A stretch of 63,609 nt of DNA, the filler included, from Cercozoa sp. M6MM (taxonomy: Eukaryota; Protista; Endomyxa: Ascetosporea): the NCBI GenBank assembly GCA_040357565.1. It is 10 parts of 10 records of this genome, joined end to end, with 100 filler letters (N's around TTAATTAATTAA, not from the genome) between each part and the next. Parts side by side here need not be neighbours in the genome. Positions count along the whole stretch, not along the records: positions 17,306 to 31,252 come from JBDODJ010000343.1; positions 31,353 to 33,556 come from JBDODJ010001819.1; positions 33,657 to 37,388 come from JBDODJ010001334.1; positions 37,489 to 42,167 come from JBDODJ010001079.1; 6 more parts are not named here. One strand, written 5' to 3'. The number at the start of each line of letters is the position of its first letter. Position 1 is the first letter of the stretch. Below, piece by piece: positions 25,170 to 37,584 of the stretch. The notes below the pieces were generated by a model. That model did not search any database. It saw only the letters and a program-made list of their open reading frames with translations, and was not told where the DNA came from. A program made the translations under genes and the position numbers.

Positions 25170-28100
25170 CAGAGGTTGGACGCCAGTCTTTTTGAATGCC
25201 TCACAAAAGCAGGTTTCCAGTGTTTTTTGTGTTGAATAGGAGCGCCTTAAGGTGGATCGCGTGCGAGTGTTTGCTCGTCTTAAACCGTCGTCAAACGAAA
25301 GTTCGGATGACTTTCTTGATGATACTGTTTGCCTGAAGGGACCGGTATAAGTTGTTTTCGGCATTATTTTCATTGAATGTGAACATTGTTTACTACCCTG
25401 AAACCAGATGATAAAAAGCTGCTCTGACTCCTCCACTGTGCACACTCGCGAAAGCAGTTCTGCCCCCATCAGACGGTTTTGTTTCGACGGCGTGTTTGGC
25501 CCAGAAGCGTAACTTTCAAAACTGCAAGTTATCTGCCAAACACACCTTGTATGTAGGCATCAGGAGGAGGTGTTCCAACAGGCCGCACGCAACAGTATCG
25601 ATGATGTTCTGTGTGGTTACAACGGAACTATCTTTGTCTATGGCCAAACTGGTACAAGCAGTTTTTAATATATCAGCGTAAAAGCACACTACTCTTTCTT
25701 AACTCAGGTTCGGGCAAGACGCACTCTGTCTTTGGCGACGAACAGACTTTTGTGGATCTGTCACTTGGCACGCTTTCGCAAGACGTGGTACATTTAATTT
25801 ATTGAGCTCGTTCACTTTTCTCATTTGACTCAAGTTTCATGGTGCAGATGCCAGATGGCGCGGGCTTTGTGCCACGCGGTGCGTTCGACTTGTTCGACCG
25901 AATTCAAAGTCTTCTCGAAGGTATCGCAGTGCTCAAAGTTATTTTAGCTCCTAAGATAGACACATTCCATGCTCAGAAGGCGAAACAGAGCATGTATCAG
26001 TCTCGGTGTCGTTCGCTGAGATCTACAACGAACAGTTGCGCGACCTGCTTGCTCCGCCTGCTTCTGATGTGGTGAGAAGAATTCACATTGTGAGAATGCT
26101 GGTGCATTGAACGGTTTAGTCTCTGAAATGCCGAGAAGAACCAGACGGAAAAGTGCGTGTTATTGGACTCACTGAGGTAAATTTATTCTTGGATAGCCAC
26201 ACCTTGCAAAAAACAAAAACATGCATTATTTTGTGCCAAAGGTCGTCGTTCATTCTGCTCCACAGTTGTTGCGTGTTGTCTCTAGTACAGTTACTTTAAG
26301 CTTTCGCAGTCTTGTTTGCATGCATGCTTACAAACAGTCGGGGCTTCCACGCGGACAACAAAGAAAACTACATACAACACGCGATCATCGCGATCGCATG
26401 CAGTTTTGTAATCTTGCTCCTCTTGGCTTCTGTGCTGTGAAGTGCGAAATAGGCTGTTTGGTTTGCAATCCAGAACGCTGAAAGTGCTTCAAAAACGTCG
26501 TCGAATTCGAGGACAGATCGTTGACTTGGAAGGCGAATTAAAGTGCGTGCTTTCTAACTCGAACCCCCGTTGCCACTTCGACAACTGCACATGTCCTTTC
26601 TGTCCGAAACAGCTTTGTTGATCTGGCGGGATCCGAGCGGCTGCACGAAAAATCAGAGAAGAGCGAAACTGTCAACATTAACGGGTCGTTGACTGTTCTA
26701 GGGTAAAATAGGCTTTCATTTTGCACGTGTTTTCGTGAATTTGTGCCATAGACGATGCGTACGTGCTCTCTCGAGACAGCAGGAGGACACGATATGTCAT
26801 GTGCCCTACCGAGAATCAACTTTGACTTTCTTGCTGCGTAATTCGCTGCGAGGACTGGCTCGTACTGTTTTCGTGGTACTGTACACTCGAGACCCAAAAA
26901 CACACTTTTGTTGAATTAAATCCTCACTTTCGCCAGGCAACAATGGCTCAGCAGGATCCATCACAATCCGACGCCGCTTCAATTCGACAGTTTCGAGAAT
27001 CGTTTTCGACCTGTAAACTTCATTCATAAATTTATGTGACTATTGAAGTCTTTTTCTTTTTTATGGTGCGTAATCGTAGTGAGGTTCGCTTCCGCGGCAA
27101 AGAAAGTCAAAGTGAATACGTAATTAGTTTATCAGCACACTCGGATTCAAATGAACGTGCATTTCACAATTTTGCGCAACACAGAAAGAGAAACATGCGT
27201 CAGAATGGAATCGTGGTACAGTTGCAGAACGAAGTTGCCGCCCTCCAACACACGTTGTGTCTCGTAAACGACGAGCATATGCAACAGCACGCCAGAGTGT
27301 CGCACAGCGTGAACATGCTCACCGAACGTTTGAGAGAACTCTTTGCCTTCGCGTATGTTTAGTTTCAGCGCGCATCGACGGCGTTTCGATTTAATACTGC
27401 ATTGATGTAGAGACACGATTCGAAACGTGATGAAAGTGCATCGACGGCACACCATGCAACTTGAGCGCAGCTCCGAGCGACGGAAAAAAGTGGTACCAAC
27501 TGAACTATCGATGATAGTCACATAAACCAACTGAACAATCAATGATAGTCACATAAACCAGGTTTTTCGCTCGGAGCTGCTGAATTGTGTTCGTTTTTTA
27601 GATTGCTTCTCTGCAAGAAGACGTCGCGTGCAAAAAGCGAATGATTCAGAAACTGCACAATCAAACAGAAGCACTTTCGAAACAGCATGTATCGATAAGC
27701 TTAACTGTTGCGTGTGCTCGTTGTAGAGACCTGGGTCTGTTCTTCAGGAACAAGAGAAGGAACAGTGGCAAACTGAACGTGCGCGACTCCTGCAGAAGAT
27801 ATCACTCGCTCAGCAGCACACCCAGCAGGAACAATCGACGTTTCGCAGCAACATGCGGCAGCAGTCGACGCAACACGTAAGTTTCTACCTTTTGCGAAAA
27901 CAAAGCAAGCCTATGAAGAACGAGTGTAGAAAGAAGAAGTTTCTGACCTCCTCAACCAGCTGAGCGCATACAAAGTAACACCGTTTTTTTACTCGACGCT
28001 CACATTGACTCCATAGCATTCATCAGGCAAGATACTCGAAATTGAAAGAACGCGCTTCAATCGAACTCGGGAATTCGCTCCTGCGTCAGTGCGAGCTTGA

Positions 28101-28590
28101 ACAGCAGGTGCTTCTAGATACAGTGTGAGAAAGTTGACTTTTTGTTATAGTTAAACTGTCGACGTGTTCTTTAGGTCACACGTCTGTCTGTCGGGTGGGC
28201 AAACAATCTCAACAGTACACAAAGCGAAAACACTCCGAATGTCGATGAGCTCGAGAATTGCGACGAAAAGTGGGTCTCACACGATGCAACATCGCCTACC
28301 GCTGCTGCGAGCAATGTCTACATTCAAGTTGGTATTCTGAGCTCAAATTCAGTTGATGCGTTGAGTGGGCTGTACGAACAGACACCGATCGCGATGTTGA
28401 AGAGATTCTGTCTCAACTGCGACACCCTCGATGGTACTCGTTCTGGTTTGCTGACTCTGTGCCTGTGCAACCGCGCGGTACTTTAAATAAAATAGTGACG
28501 ACAAGGCGCAGTCAGAGGTGTCTCAACGCGCGCTGTCTATGCTACAGACACCGTGATACGTCGCATATATCGTATGTTCGAAGCGAATAA
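25170..28590 (+). CDS. Kinesin, N-terminal motor plus coiled coil
   Basis: VRVFARLKP, FCFDGVF, GYNGTIFVYGQTGSGKTHS, EIYNEQLRDLL, NTRSSRSHA, FVDLAGSER, HVPYRESTLT, STLRFASAAK; both ends approximate. Confidence 0.92.
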
Positions 28591-29109
28591 TGTCGTGTCG
28601 TTCACATGTCGGTAGCCAACTAGCTTGCTTCAGACTCGGCCCGGACGACAGCTCATTAATTGACCGCAAATTTCATTCTACCGCATGAGACATGCGAAGA
28701 GATCTTGGAGCTGCTACATTCACATATCAGTTTCGTGCACCTTAAGCTTACAAAAAATACCGTACAAAACTCGCTCCATTCAAATACCAATGTCACTTAC
28801 AAAAAATAAGTTTACCATTGTGTAATCCCAGTGCGAAAAGATGCCTCAGCTGTCGACCTGGGCGTTTTACGTGTCTCATCCTCTCTTCGTCAGCGCCTGC
28901 CCCTGCTTGTCAACGTGCCTTTCCTAAAACTGGCGCTCTTAGTTAATGTTTGTGCATTGATACTTGTTTTTCTGACATTAATACAATTTCCAACCTTTTT
29001 AACACCATAAACCCGTCATTAATTAATGCCATTAAAAAACGAGTTAGTTTCATTGGGGTGGCTGGCTTTGCGATCATGACGCGTGCTCTAATTTCTATGA
29101 TACATTCCC

Positions 29110-29195
29110 CACGGCCATGCGCTTGTGACCCACTCCAGATTGGTACAGGGGAACTACATAAGTTTAGTTGGTTTCTTAGTAGACTGAAATAACTA
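29110..29195. repeat. Dispersed structured repeat, copy 3 (partial, diverged, inverted)
   Basis: Reverse complement reads tagttatttcagtctactaagaaaccaact...atgtagttcccctgtaccaatctggagtgggtcacaagcgcatggccgtg. Confidence 0.8.
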
Positions 29196-29383
29196 TGTGT
29201 ATTGTCATGATGTCCGTATGCGCACACGGCTGCGCAGCCGCCGCACCCGTCGTGTGATGCCCCGGACCCAGGCCCCACGAACTCGACTGCGACCCGCGCC
29301 ACCTTCAGGCTAACATATTATAATGCAGTGCAAGTCGTCGCATATGCACGCCAAACGCAAACGTCCCGGATGAATAGATTTTG

Positions 29384-30913
29384 TCAGTGTTCGAATTCGC
29401 GAAGAATCTCAGTGAGCGTGGATCGATCGATACCGCGGCCGGTCTGTTCAGCGCGATATATCGGATTCGCGCGGGAAGGGGTATTCTGATGTACAACAAA
29501 TTTACCAGAATGACGACGCTTTTGCCTCTCGTTTCTTTTGGCTCTACAAACATAGATTGTAGGCAGCAAAGCAGTGAAGTATCTTTTCAAACCTGTACCC
29601 ATAGAAGCAGCAGCCAGAGCGACGGCAGCAGAAGGTTCCACTGCAACCAAGTGTCGTCATTTTGTTATCCAAGTTCAGTTTTATCTAGACCTGAGTGTAC
29701 CAAGTAGTCCCATATCCAGTAGCTTCAACAAGGCGACCTTGACATCATGCTCGCTCACCTTTGTGATACCGTCGACCTGGAAACAAGTGAATCAAACGGA
29801 TTTTACGAAAAGTCCGGGAACGCAAAATCACGTATTGCAAGAAGGGTCGTGCGTTTCGAGGGTCCACGAAGGGAACAGCGATGCCGTCGCACAGCGTCTT
29901 CTCTTTCTTCTCGTTGCTGCTGTCCTGGTGGTCGGTTCCGTGGAACAGTTCGTACATGGGCGCACACAACTCGGCTTGTACTCCAATGACACGACACGTA
30001 GGAGCCACCTACCATGTGCTCATACGTGGTACTATCACACAGTGATAGTATCGTAATTCATACCAACGTCGGTACCTGTTTGACGTACTGAGCCACACCG
30101 AGACACAACCCTCCGCCTCCGACAGGCACGTACACCGTCGACGGTGTCATAACGTCCAGCACCTCCTTGATCACCGTGGCATGTCCTTCGTGCACCTTGC
30201 TGTGTATTTGAGGGTAGCAAAAGTTCTATACAGACAACACGGACACATAGTACGGCTCAATCCACGGGTGACAAAATGCCTTGCTTTCGTTCTAACAGCA
30301 CCAAACCAAAGTGATGCCCAGGCAACAAAACGACTGGTGTACGTTCCACTCGTCGTTGCGCATAAAGTCGAAGAGTTCCTGCATGGAGACCTTTCTAGCT
30401 TGGCCACCAAGTTGCTCAAAGCAGCGAAGTTTCTTCAGCGGCACTGACACCGGCATTATCGCTTCGGCACTACACATACACTGGTGGGGGGGGGCGGGCC
30501 CCCCCGAGACTTTCAATCGTGCAAGGGCAGCGCATACCTCGTGTTCAACAGACGGGCCGCGTACGCGAGTGCCTGTGCCCTGTGCCAAAACCCGGATGGC
30601 AAACACACACAGAGCAAATAATAAAAAAATACGTGTTGCCAGCCGAGTTGGTGAGCAGGCCGCGCTGGCGTTTCTCATCCGACAACTGGAGCGCCCAGTT
30701 GAGCACCCCACGCACCTTGAATGATCCGATCGACTGCAACTGATCGCACTTGACATAGACGTCATCCAGACCGGAAACCGACAGGACCGGCGTGTTGATC
30801 ACGAAATCTGCGAGTCGGTCCTACGATGAGGTCATCGATGTCAATCAACAGAAAGTTGCTGCCGGAAGCGGACCCACCGCGGCTTGGTCGACCCGTCGCA
30901 CAAACTCAGCCAT
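29384..30913 (-). CDS. PLP-dependent serine/threonine dehydratase family
   Basis: NTPV, VYVKCDQLQSIGSFKVRG (PLP lysine), SAGNTAQALAYAAR, VPVGGGGL, VIGVQ, TLCDGIAV, VEPSAA. Confidence 0.9.
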
Positions 30914-31204
30914 CAAAAACTTAGACTGCTCGATATTAGGATTGCACTGCAAACTATATGTGCACACGGATACACTGGTCAAAACCTCTTGACTGTCGCA
31001 AAACGATTCCAGGTGCGGTTGTGTGTCAACTTTGAATGAGTAGTATAGTCTGTATCCACAAAAAAGGAACAACGGAAGCTCTAGTGACGGAGATTGTCGA
31101 GTGTCGCAAGCGCGAGTGCGACGACGCTAGTGACAGACAGTGTCGTGAGCGAGGCGTCGTTCTTCTTGCCTTGCGGGTCGTTGTCGAAGCATTGCTGTGG
31201 GGGC

Positions 31205-31252
<48 letters not shown>

Positions 31253-31434
31253 NNNNNNNNNNNNNNNNNNNNNNNNNNNNNNNNNNNNNNNNNNNNTTAA
31301 TTAATTAANNNNNNNNNNNNNNNNNNNNNNNNNNNNNNNNNNNNNNNNNNNNTGGGGGGTAAAGAGGGGGGTAAAGAGGGGGGTAAAGAGGGGGGTAAAG
31401 AGGGGGGTAAAGAGGGGGGTAAAACGTCAGACTA

Positions 31435-32139
31435 ACCTCGCGCAGCGCAGCGATTTCTTCGTCGCTCTTGCCGAAATTCCGCTGTTTCCAACTGCGCCGA
31501 AACAACGACATGAACAAGCTTGTGCTAGTTGACACTCACAGGGTACTGACTGACTCGGTGCATACCGGCGGAAGGTGTCACTGCGCCGGTCATAGTCCTC
31601 CTCGCTGATCTCGTATTTTTCCACCTTGCTCAGCGCATAGTCTTCGATCGCCGCTGCTGTGTCCTGGAGGGGTACAGGGGGTAAAGGATAGGGGGGTAAA
31701 GGATAAGGGGGGTAAAGGGTAAGGGGGTCAAGGGTAAGGAAGGCAAGGGGGAAGAGGGGGTCAAAGGGGGGAAGTAAGAAACGCACCTTGTTGTCGTCAA
31801 AGTGCGTGTCGAACACGAGGAGTTCCTGCCGGTCGCGCACGCCAAAGTCGCGCAGTGTCGACCCGTCGCCAGACATGCCGCAGATCGCGCGTCCCGTCGA
31901 GTCGCACAGGCGTACCTATTATACCCCCTTCCTCATCTTACTCCCATTTAGCCTTCCCCCATCCCCATTTACTCCCCTCCCTTTGGCCCCTCCTGGTATA
32001 CCCGCATATTGTCGGGCGAGGCGCCCGTGATGCCACGCAAGCGCTCTTTCACTTCAAGCAGCGTCGAAGACAACGCGAATTTCTTCTCCGCGCGGATCGA
32101 GTCGATTTGTGCATGCCGCACCGTCAACCACACCGACAT
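31435..32139 (-). CDS. TBCB: Tubulin-folding cofactor B, 3' truncated
   Basis: Ubl domain EKKFALSSTLLEVKERL..ITG..M..L and VEKYEISEEDYDRRSDTFRRWK; CAP-Gly part lost at linker. Confidence 0.88.
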
Positions 32140-32423
32140 GATTTCTGCAAGGATCTGTCAACCACTCCTAATCAGAGTGCACTCACACACTCACCTTGGT
32201 AATCACACGCGCAGACGCTCTGCAGATGCTCTACTAAGCTACTGTAGCAAGCCGGAGCGCCGCTTTTGGTAGTTTTGTTAAATTATTAATATTAACCAGG
32301 ACAGCCGCACAATCACCTGATCTTTAGTGCGCTGACTTGAGAGAATATGGGGTGCGAGCCAGAAAACTGCTCCTGCACCCAATTGGTGTCGACGGAGAGT
32401 GAGTTTTTCCAATCAAATAACAA

Positions 32424-33516
32424 ATGATGATAAAAAAAGTGACGGTTGTGCTGTCGGCAGAGAGTCGTCGTCGACCCAAGCGCGTGGTGGCTTCGGTCGC
32501 TTCGCAGTCACGTAAGCTTGGTTGTGTTGACACGTGTGCCGTTTTGCTTGATGCTGTGTTGGCGTGAGCAGGCATCCCCGCGGACATTGCCGAGAATGCC
32601 GAGCTGAACCGCGCGATGGAGTGCCTGCCAGCCAACTACAACTTCGAGGTGCACAAGACGCTGTGGCGTCTGCGCGAACGAGGCGCGCGTCGTGTGGCAC
32701 TGCAGATGCCTGAAGGTAGACTCAGGAGGGGCTCATACAGAAACATGTTGAGTGTATATCATGTGTGTGCAGGTCTGCTGATGTTCGCATGCATGCTGAG
32801 TGACATCATCGAACGCTTCGGCAATGTCGAGTACCTTTTGAGTCTTTCATGTTTAAATCTATGCTTCCTTTGTTAGCTTTGTTATCCCGTGTTATCCCTT
32901 GTTACACCTTGTGTACTTCCCTCCGCCAGGTGTGTGATCATGGGCGATGTGACCTACGGCGCCTGTTGTGTCGGTGATCACACTGCAGCTGCACTTGGTG
33001 CCTATTACCTTTACCCTCTCTTTACTTCTGTATCCCTGTACCTTCTCTTGTCTTCGTGTGTTGCAGGCTGCGATTTCACGGTGCACTACGGTCACTCATG
33101 TCTCGTGCCTGTCACGGCCTGTCGCACCGACGTGCTCTACGTCTTTGTCGACATTGCGTTTGGTACCAATCAACACGTGGCTCACTCACTGACTCACTGG
33201 GTCACTCACTGGGTCACTGGGTCACTCACTGGGTCACTGGGTCACTGGGTCAATCACTGGGTCAATCACTGACTGACTGAGGTTGAGCAGACGTGGAACA
33301 TTTGATTCGATCGCTCGAGGCGAATTTCGATACTTCGAAACCATTGTGGCTTGCGGGTACTTTGCCCTCCCTATTACCTTTCTTATTGTCCCTTATTTTT
33401 CTTTGACCCCTAGCCTCTTTGTTCCTTCCTCTCCACCTCGCATTATGTCATGTGCTTTTTCAGGAACGATTCAGTTCGCTTCGTCGATCCAGGCGGCTGC
33501 AGCTGCGTTGCGCGAG
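32424..33516 (+). CDS. DPH1: Diphthamide biosynthesis protein 1, 3' truncated
   Basis: [59 protein letters not shown]. Confidence 0.95.
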
Positions 33517-33689
33517 GTTTTACCTGCCCCCTCTCTTTCTCCCTTTACCCCCCCCCNNNNNNNNNNNNNNNNNNNNNNNNNNNNNNNNNNNNNNNNNNNN
33601 TTAATTAATTAANNNNNNNNNNNNNNNNNNNNNNNNNNNNNNNNNNNNNNNNNNNNGGGGGGGGGGGGGGGGTAAGAAAGAGGGTAAAA

Positions 33690-34630
33690 CCTTCAACTTG
33701 AGACCGGTGCGAGATCGGTACAACTCGGCCAACACACGCGCGATGGCTTCCTACAGAAGTATCCGCGCGGATGCACAAACACACAGCAACAAAGAGGACA
33801 CACACATGGACAGTACCTTCTTGGCACTCTTGAAGCGGTAGTCGTACTCCTGTATAAGTCATACAGCGGGTCAAGGAGGAGTGTAAGCACCAAGAGAGTC
33901 GAAACTACCTCGGGTACGTGCACAACGAATTCGTCACTGCGCTGCGACATTGTGATACTCACGACATCGTCGATCTATCACACAAGGGTTAATGCGGGTA
34001 AAACAAGGGGTGCGAGTACATAGCTACCTTAATACGCCGCTTGCACGAAGAGAAGTCCTTCGGCATCAGGTTGTACAGCGCCTTGTCTGTCACCAGCTGC
34101 AACCAGGGGGGGGGTTGATGGTAAAGGAATAAAAGTAAGGTAGCGCACAAGAGGAAAGGCCGAAAGGAATCAAAAGGAAATAAGCAGAGTCAAAAGAGAA
34201 ATACCAGCACACGACGCTGCTCCTTCTCGCGTCTGTTGATTTTAACGACAAAGTCCGAGAAGTACACCTGCTCCGGCTTGGGCAGGTTATGTCCCTGTGA
34301 TCAAGGAAGCACCGTTTACAAAAAAGGGGTACAGAAGTTGTAAGGGCGCATTTAATCACTCAGCGAGAAATCACCTTCTTGTGCAGCATCTTGCGCACGG
34401 AGGAGTTGCGCGCAAGCTTCAGGTTGTCGTCCGACTGCAAACTCAATTCAACATACAAAGGATACTCCCTAGTGGCGAGTGGAAGAGGCACCTCATCAAT
34501 GAGAGACGACATCGCGTCCAACGACTCCGATTCGTGATTTTCTGCACCAAGAAAGCAAGTTCGAGTGAACAACAATGAAAACAAAAAACTCGATTAGTCT
34601 TTCAACCAACCACAGCCTCAGCATGCTCAA
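33690..34630 (-). CDS. Myosin tail homology 1 (TH1, PH-like) domain protein with no motor visible, 3' truncated
   Basis: EQVYFSDFVVKINRREKEQRRVLLVTDKALYNL..CKRRI..SITMSQRSDEFVVHVPEEYDYRF; start uncertain. Confidence 0.75.
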
Positions 34631-34963
34631 CAGAGTGCTAACCCACACCCTGCAGCCGCTGGTACCGGTCAAAACAAGTGATCCCCTCACTCGAGCTCGG
34701 CAGCGACCAACCGAGACACAATAGTGGCCTACCAACAGCTGTGTGTGGGCTCCCGGCAGTAACAGGTATGTCACGAGCAAAGCGACTGACTGTGCACGAC
34801 TGGACTGACCCTATGGGGTAAGAGCACGTGTCTGTCCCCTAGTTAATTTTAAAATTACAATCACTTATTCCCGTCCGTTTGGTCCGGTTTGGACGAGAGT
34901 TCTGATCGATCAAACACACCGTATTGTACAAGTGCATTAATGGGTATGCCCCGGATTGGCGGG

Positions 34964-36001
34964 CGTTTTTGACAAATCCAACCGTTGGGCGTTGCTTTCC
35001 TAAGTTTCCTCGACGGGCCTCATTATTTGTCTTTGGGTGTCTGTTATGTTTAGATGGAAGGGTTTCACTTTTTTGACGATCGACATATACACAAACTAAC
35101 TAACCGACACCAACCACTGGTTCCAGCCATACACACTATTCCTTGCCGAGACGACAACGAGAAGTGTTCCCACACTCGTTTCTTTCCCTCATCCCAAACG
35201 AATCAAGATAAGGGCACTTCTCTCCTGCCGAACAGGTGTTGCACTGCCCATAGACAGGTGCTACCGCTAAACGAGGTAGAGGACAGAGAATAGCATGCTG
35301 TACCACTCAGCAATTGTTGCAACCACGTTTCACATTGCATCGGATTGGCTGTTCCAACATGTTTTCTACTGAGAAAATTATTTATGGCCAAAGCATAGGT
35401 GCCTACCCGCTTTGAACTCGTAGACTCTTCCGTTGGTACACTCGATATCAAACCGACATCCCTATATCGATAACAGCGGTATACACCACACACGGTCGGC
35501 AATCCCTTGAGCCGAATTACCACAGGCTGCTTGCTTAGCGCTGCCGACACTGAACACATTTCATCGAAGTGGACGAAGCCACACTACCAAAAGAGTTTCT
35601 TCATAGAGTATGTATATGTATAAACGCAAAAAGCTTTGGCGGTGTACCGGAGTGACTTCGTCTTTGTTTCGAAAGTAAGCCAAGCAATATCGGCCTTCGG
35701 GACTCTTAAAACCTGCTCGACACCAGCGCTTCTTCCAGATACGGGCACCTGACAAATATTGCGTTCTACAATACAACACCGTGAGGGAAATCGACAGTGA
35801 CGCGTACCCGGGATGCCGCCAGGGTTCTTCTTGTGCAAGTATCCTTGCGCCGTCAATTGCGACACTGGCGTCACTTCTTGCTCTTCCTCTCTGCTGGGGA
35901 GTACATAATAATCAAACATACCAGACACCCAAAGACAAATAAGGTCCGTCAAGGAAACTTAGGAAAGTCCACAACGCCTAACGGTTGGATTTTCAAAAAC
36001 G
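34964..36001. repeat. ~90-bp inverted repeat pair (34964-35053 and 35912-36001)
   Basis: cgtttttgacaaatccaaccgttgggcgttgctttcctaagtttcctcgacgggcc..ttatttgtctttgggtgtctg matches the reverse complement of the right arm. Confidence 0.88.
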
Positions 36002-36061
36002 TGATGCAGCACGGTTGAACAATCACCAGAATAAAGGAGAATTGACTTACGAGTCCGACAT
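35100..36061 (-). CDS. PH-domain protein
   Basis: MSDS|REEEQ..AQGYLHKKNPGGIP|GARIWKKRW..LAYFRNKDE..CGFVHF..CETWLQQL; 3' end approximate. Confidence 0.7.
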
Positions 36062-36292
36062 TTGGCGCTCGCAGGCTTTACGTATACACTACTGGCCCGG
36101 GCTGCAGTTCTGCGCGCTTATGCAGACAGATCGAAACTGCAATTCTTGTGATCTACATTTGTAGCCTCTTTAACAAAAAACACAGCTTTAAAATTTTGTC
36201 ACACCGGCTTCAGCAAGGCCCTAGTTGTTGTGTCGACTGTATCAACTCCTTTGTACAAGTGCTAGCACACACCTGGGCACATCATATAGTAA

Positions 36293-37342
36293 ATGGGAAG
36301 GAAACAGTCGAATCAGGCGAAGGAGGTACTCTTTGTTGGACTGTATGGAGGTAAGTTCATCTGTGTATGGACACAGGAAGCCGCCCTGCGTGGGGAAAAA
36401 CTTGAGGACCAGCCACGTCTGACAGCGCTGTTGGACACCAGTGGCGTTGCGGGTAGTGTCGCTTTGCAAGGAATTCGTCGACATGGTTGTATCATTGCTT
36501 TCTTATTTCGTTTCATAATTGTTTCAGGAGTGCACGAGGACGCCTGGCTGATGTCCTGGCAGAACTTTGAGCGGTACGCTTCGACTAGTTTTCTGTCCAG
36601 TTGGACCAGTATGTGTTCGTTTTGTCCGGTTTGTACCGAGAGATGTTTGTGCAGCGATTTTCTGTCGCCGAATTCGCTAAACGTCGGCGTCACCAATGCG
36701 TAGCCACTTTTTGCCGTTTTATTTGTATCCATGTGTGTCCGCTGTGTACCTGTCCAATCGTACCACCAAGTGGTCCATTTGTACTGCCCTACTGTCCAGT
36801 GTGTTTGTGTGCTTTGTACAGAATGGACAGCATGATTAGTGCGCTGCAGCACAAACCGATCAGTAGCAACTTCGTGGCTCCTGTGCGTTTGGCCCCCCCC
36901 CCCCCTCTTTGACCCCCTTCCCTTTACCCCTTTTACCGTTACCCCTTTACCCTATTTTCCCTACTTATTGTCCCTACTTTACCCCCTACCCATGTGATCG
37001 CAGGTGTGGGAGATGTGGCCCGAGGCGTACGACGAAGCGAGCTACCGCGCTGAGTTGGCCAAGCACTCGGGTACAGTACCTTGTCTATGTTGTCGCATGT
37101 CCATACGTGTGCGGTACAAATGGACCATGTACAAATTGACCATGTACAAATGGACCATGTACAAATGGACCGTGTACAAATGGACCGTGTCAATTGTTGG
37201 ACAGATGCTCCGCTGCCGAGCGACTTGCGTTCGTCGCTGCACTCCATTCTCACAGTACCCCCCTTTACCCGCTACCCTTCCCACATTTACCCCTTGTATA
37301 GGGCTTTGCCGATGCGAACCGTATGCAAGACGAAGTTCGCCG
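36293..37342 (+). CDS. Hypothetical multi-exon protein, 3' truncated
   Basis: MGRKQSNQAKE|..VHEDAWLMSWQNFER|..VWEMWPEAYDEASYRAELAKHS|..; GTAC donors. Confidence 0.5.
37114..37190. repeat. 15-bp intronic minisatellite (GTACAAATGGACCRT)x5
   Basis: Direct tandem array inside an intron. Confidence 0.9.
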
Positions 37343-37509
37343 TACTAGCTTTATCTTAATCCCTCCGCCTGTACCCTTACCCCCCCCCNNNNNNNNNNNN
37401 NNNNNNNNNNNNNNNNNNNNNNNNNNNNNNNNTTAATTAATTAANNNNNNNNNNNNNNNNNNNNNNNNNNNNNNNNNNNNNNNNNNNNCACACACACACA
37501 CACACACAT

Positions 37510-37548
<39 letters not shown>

Positions 37549-37584
37549 AACACAGACACACAGACACAGGCACACACACATACA

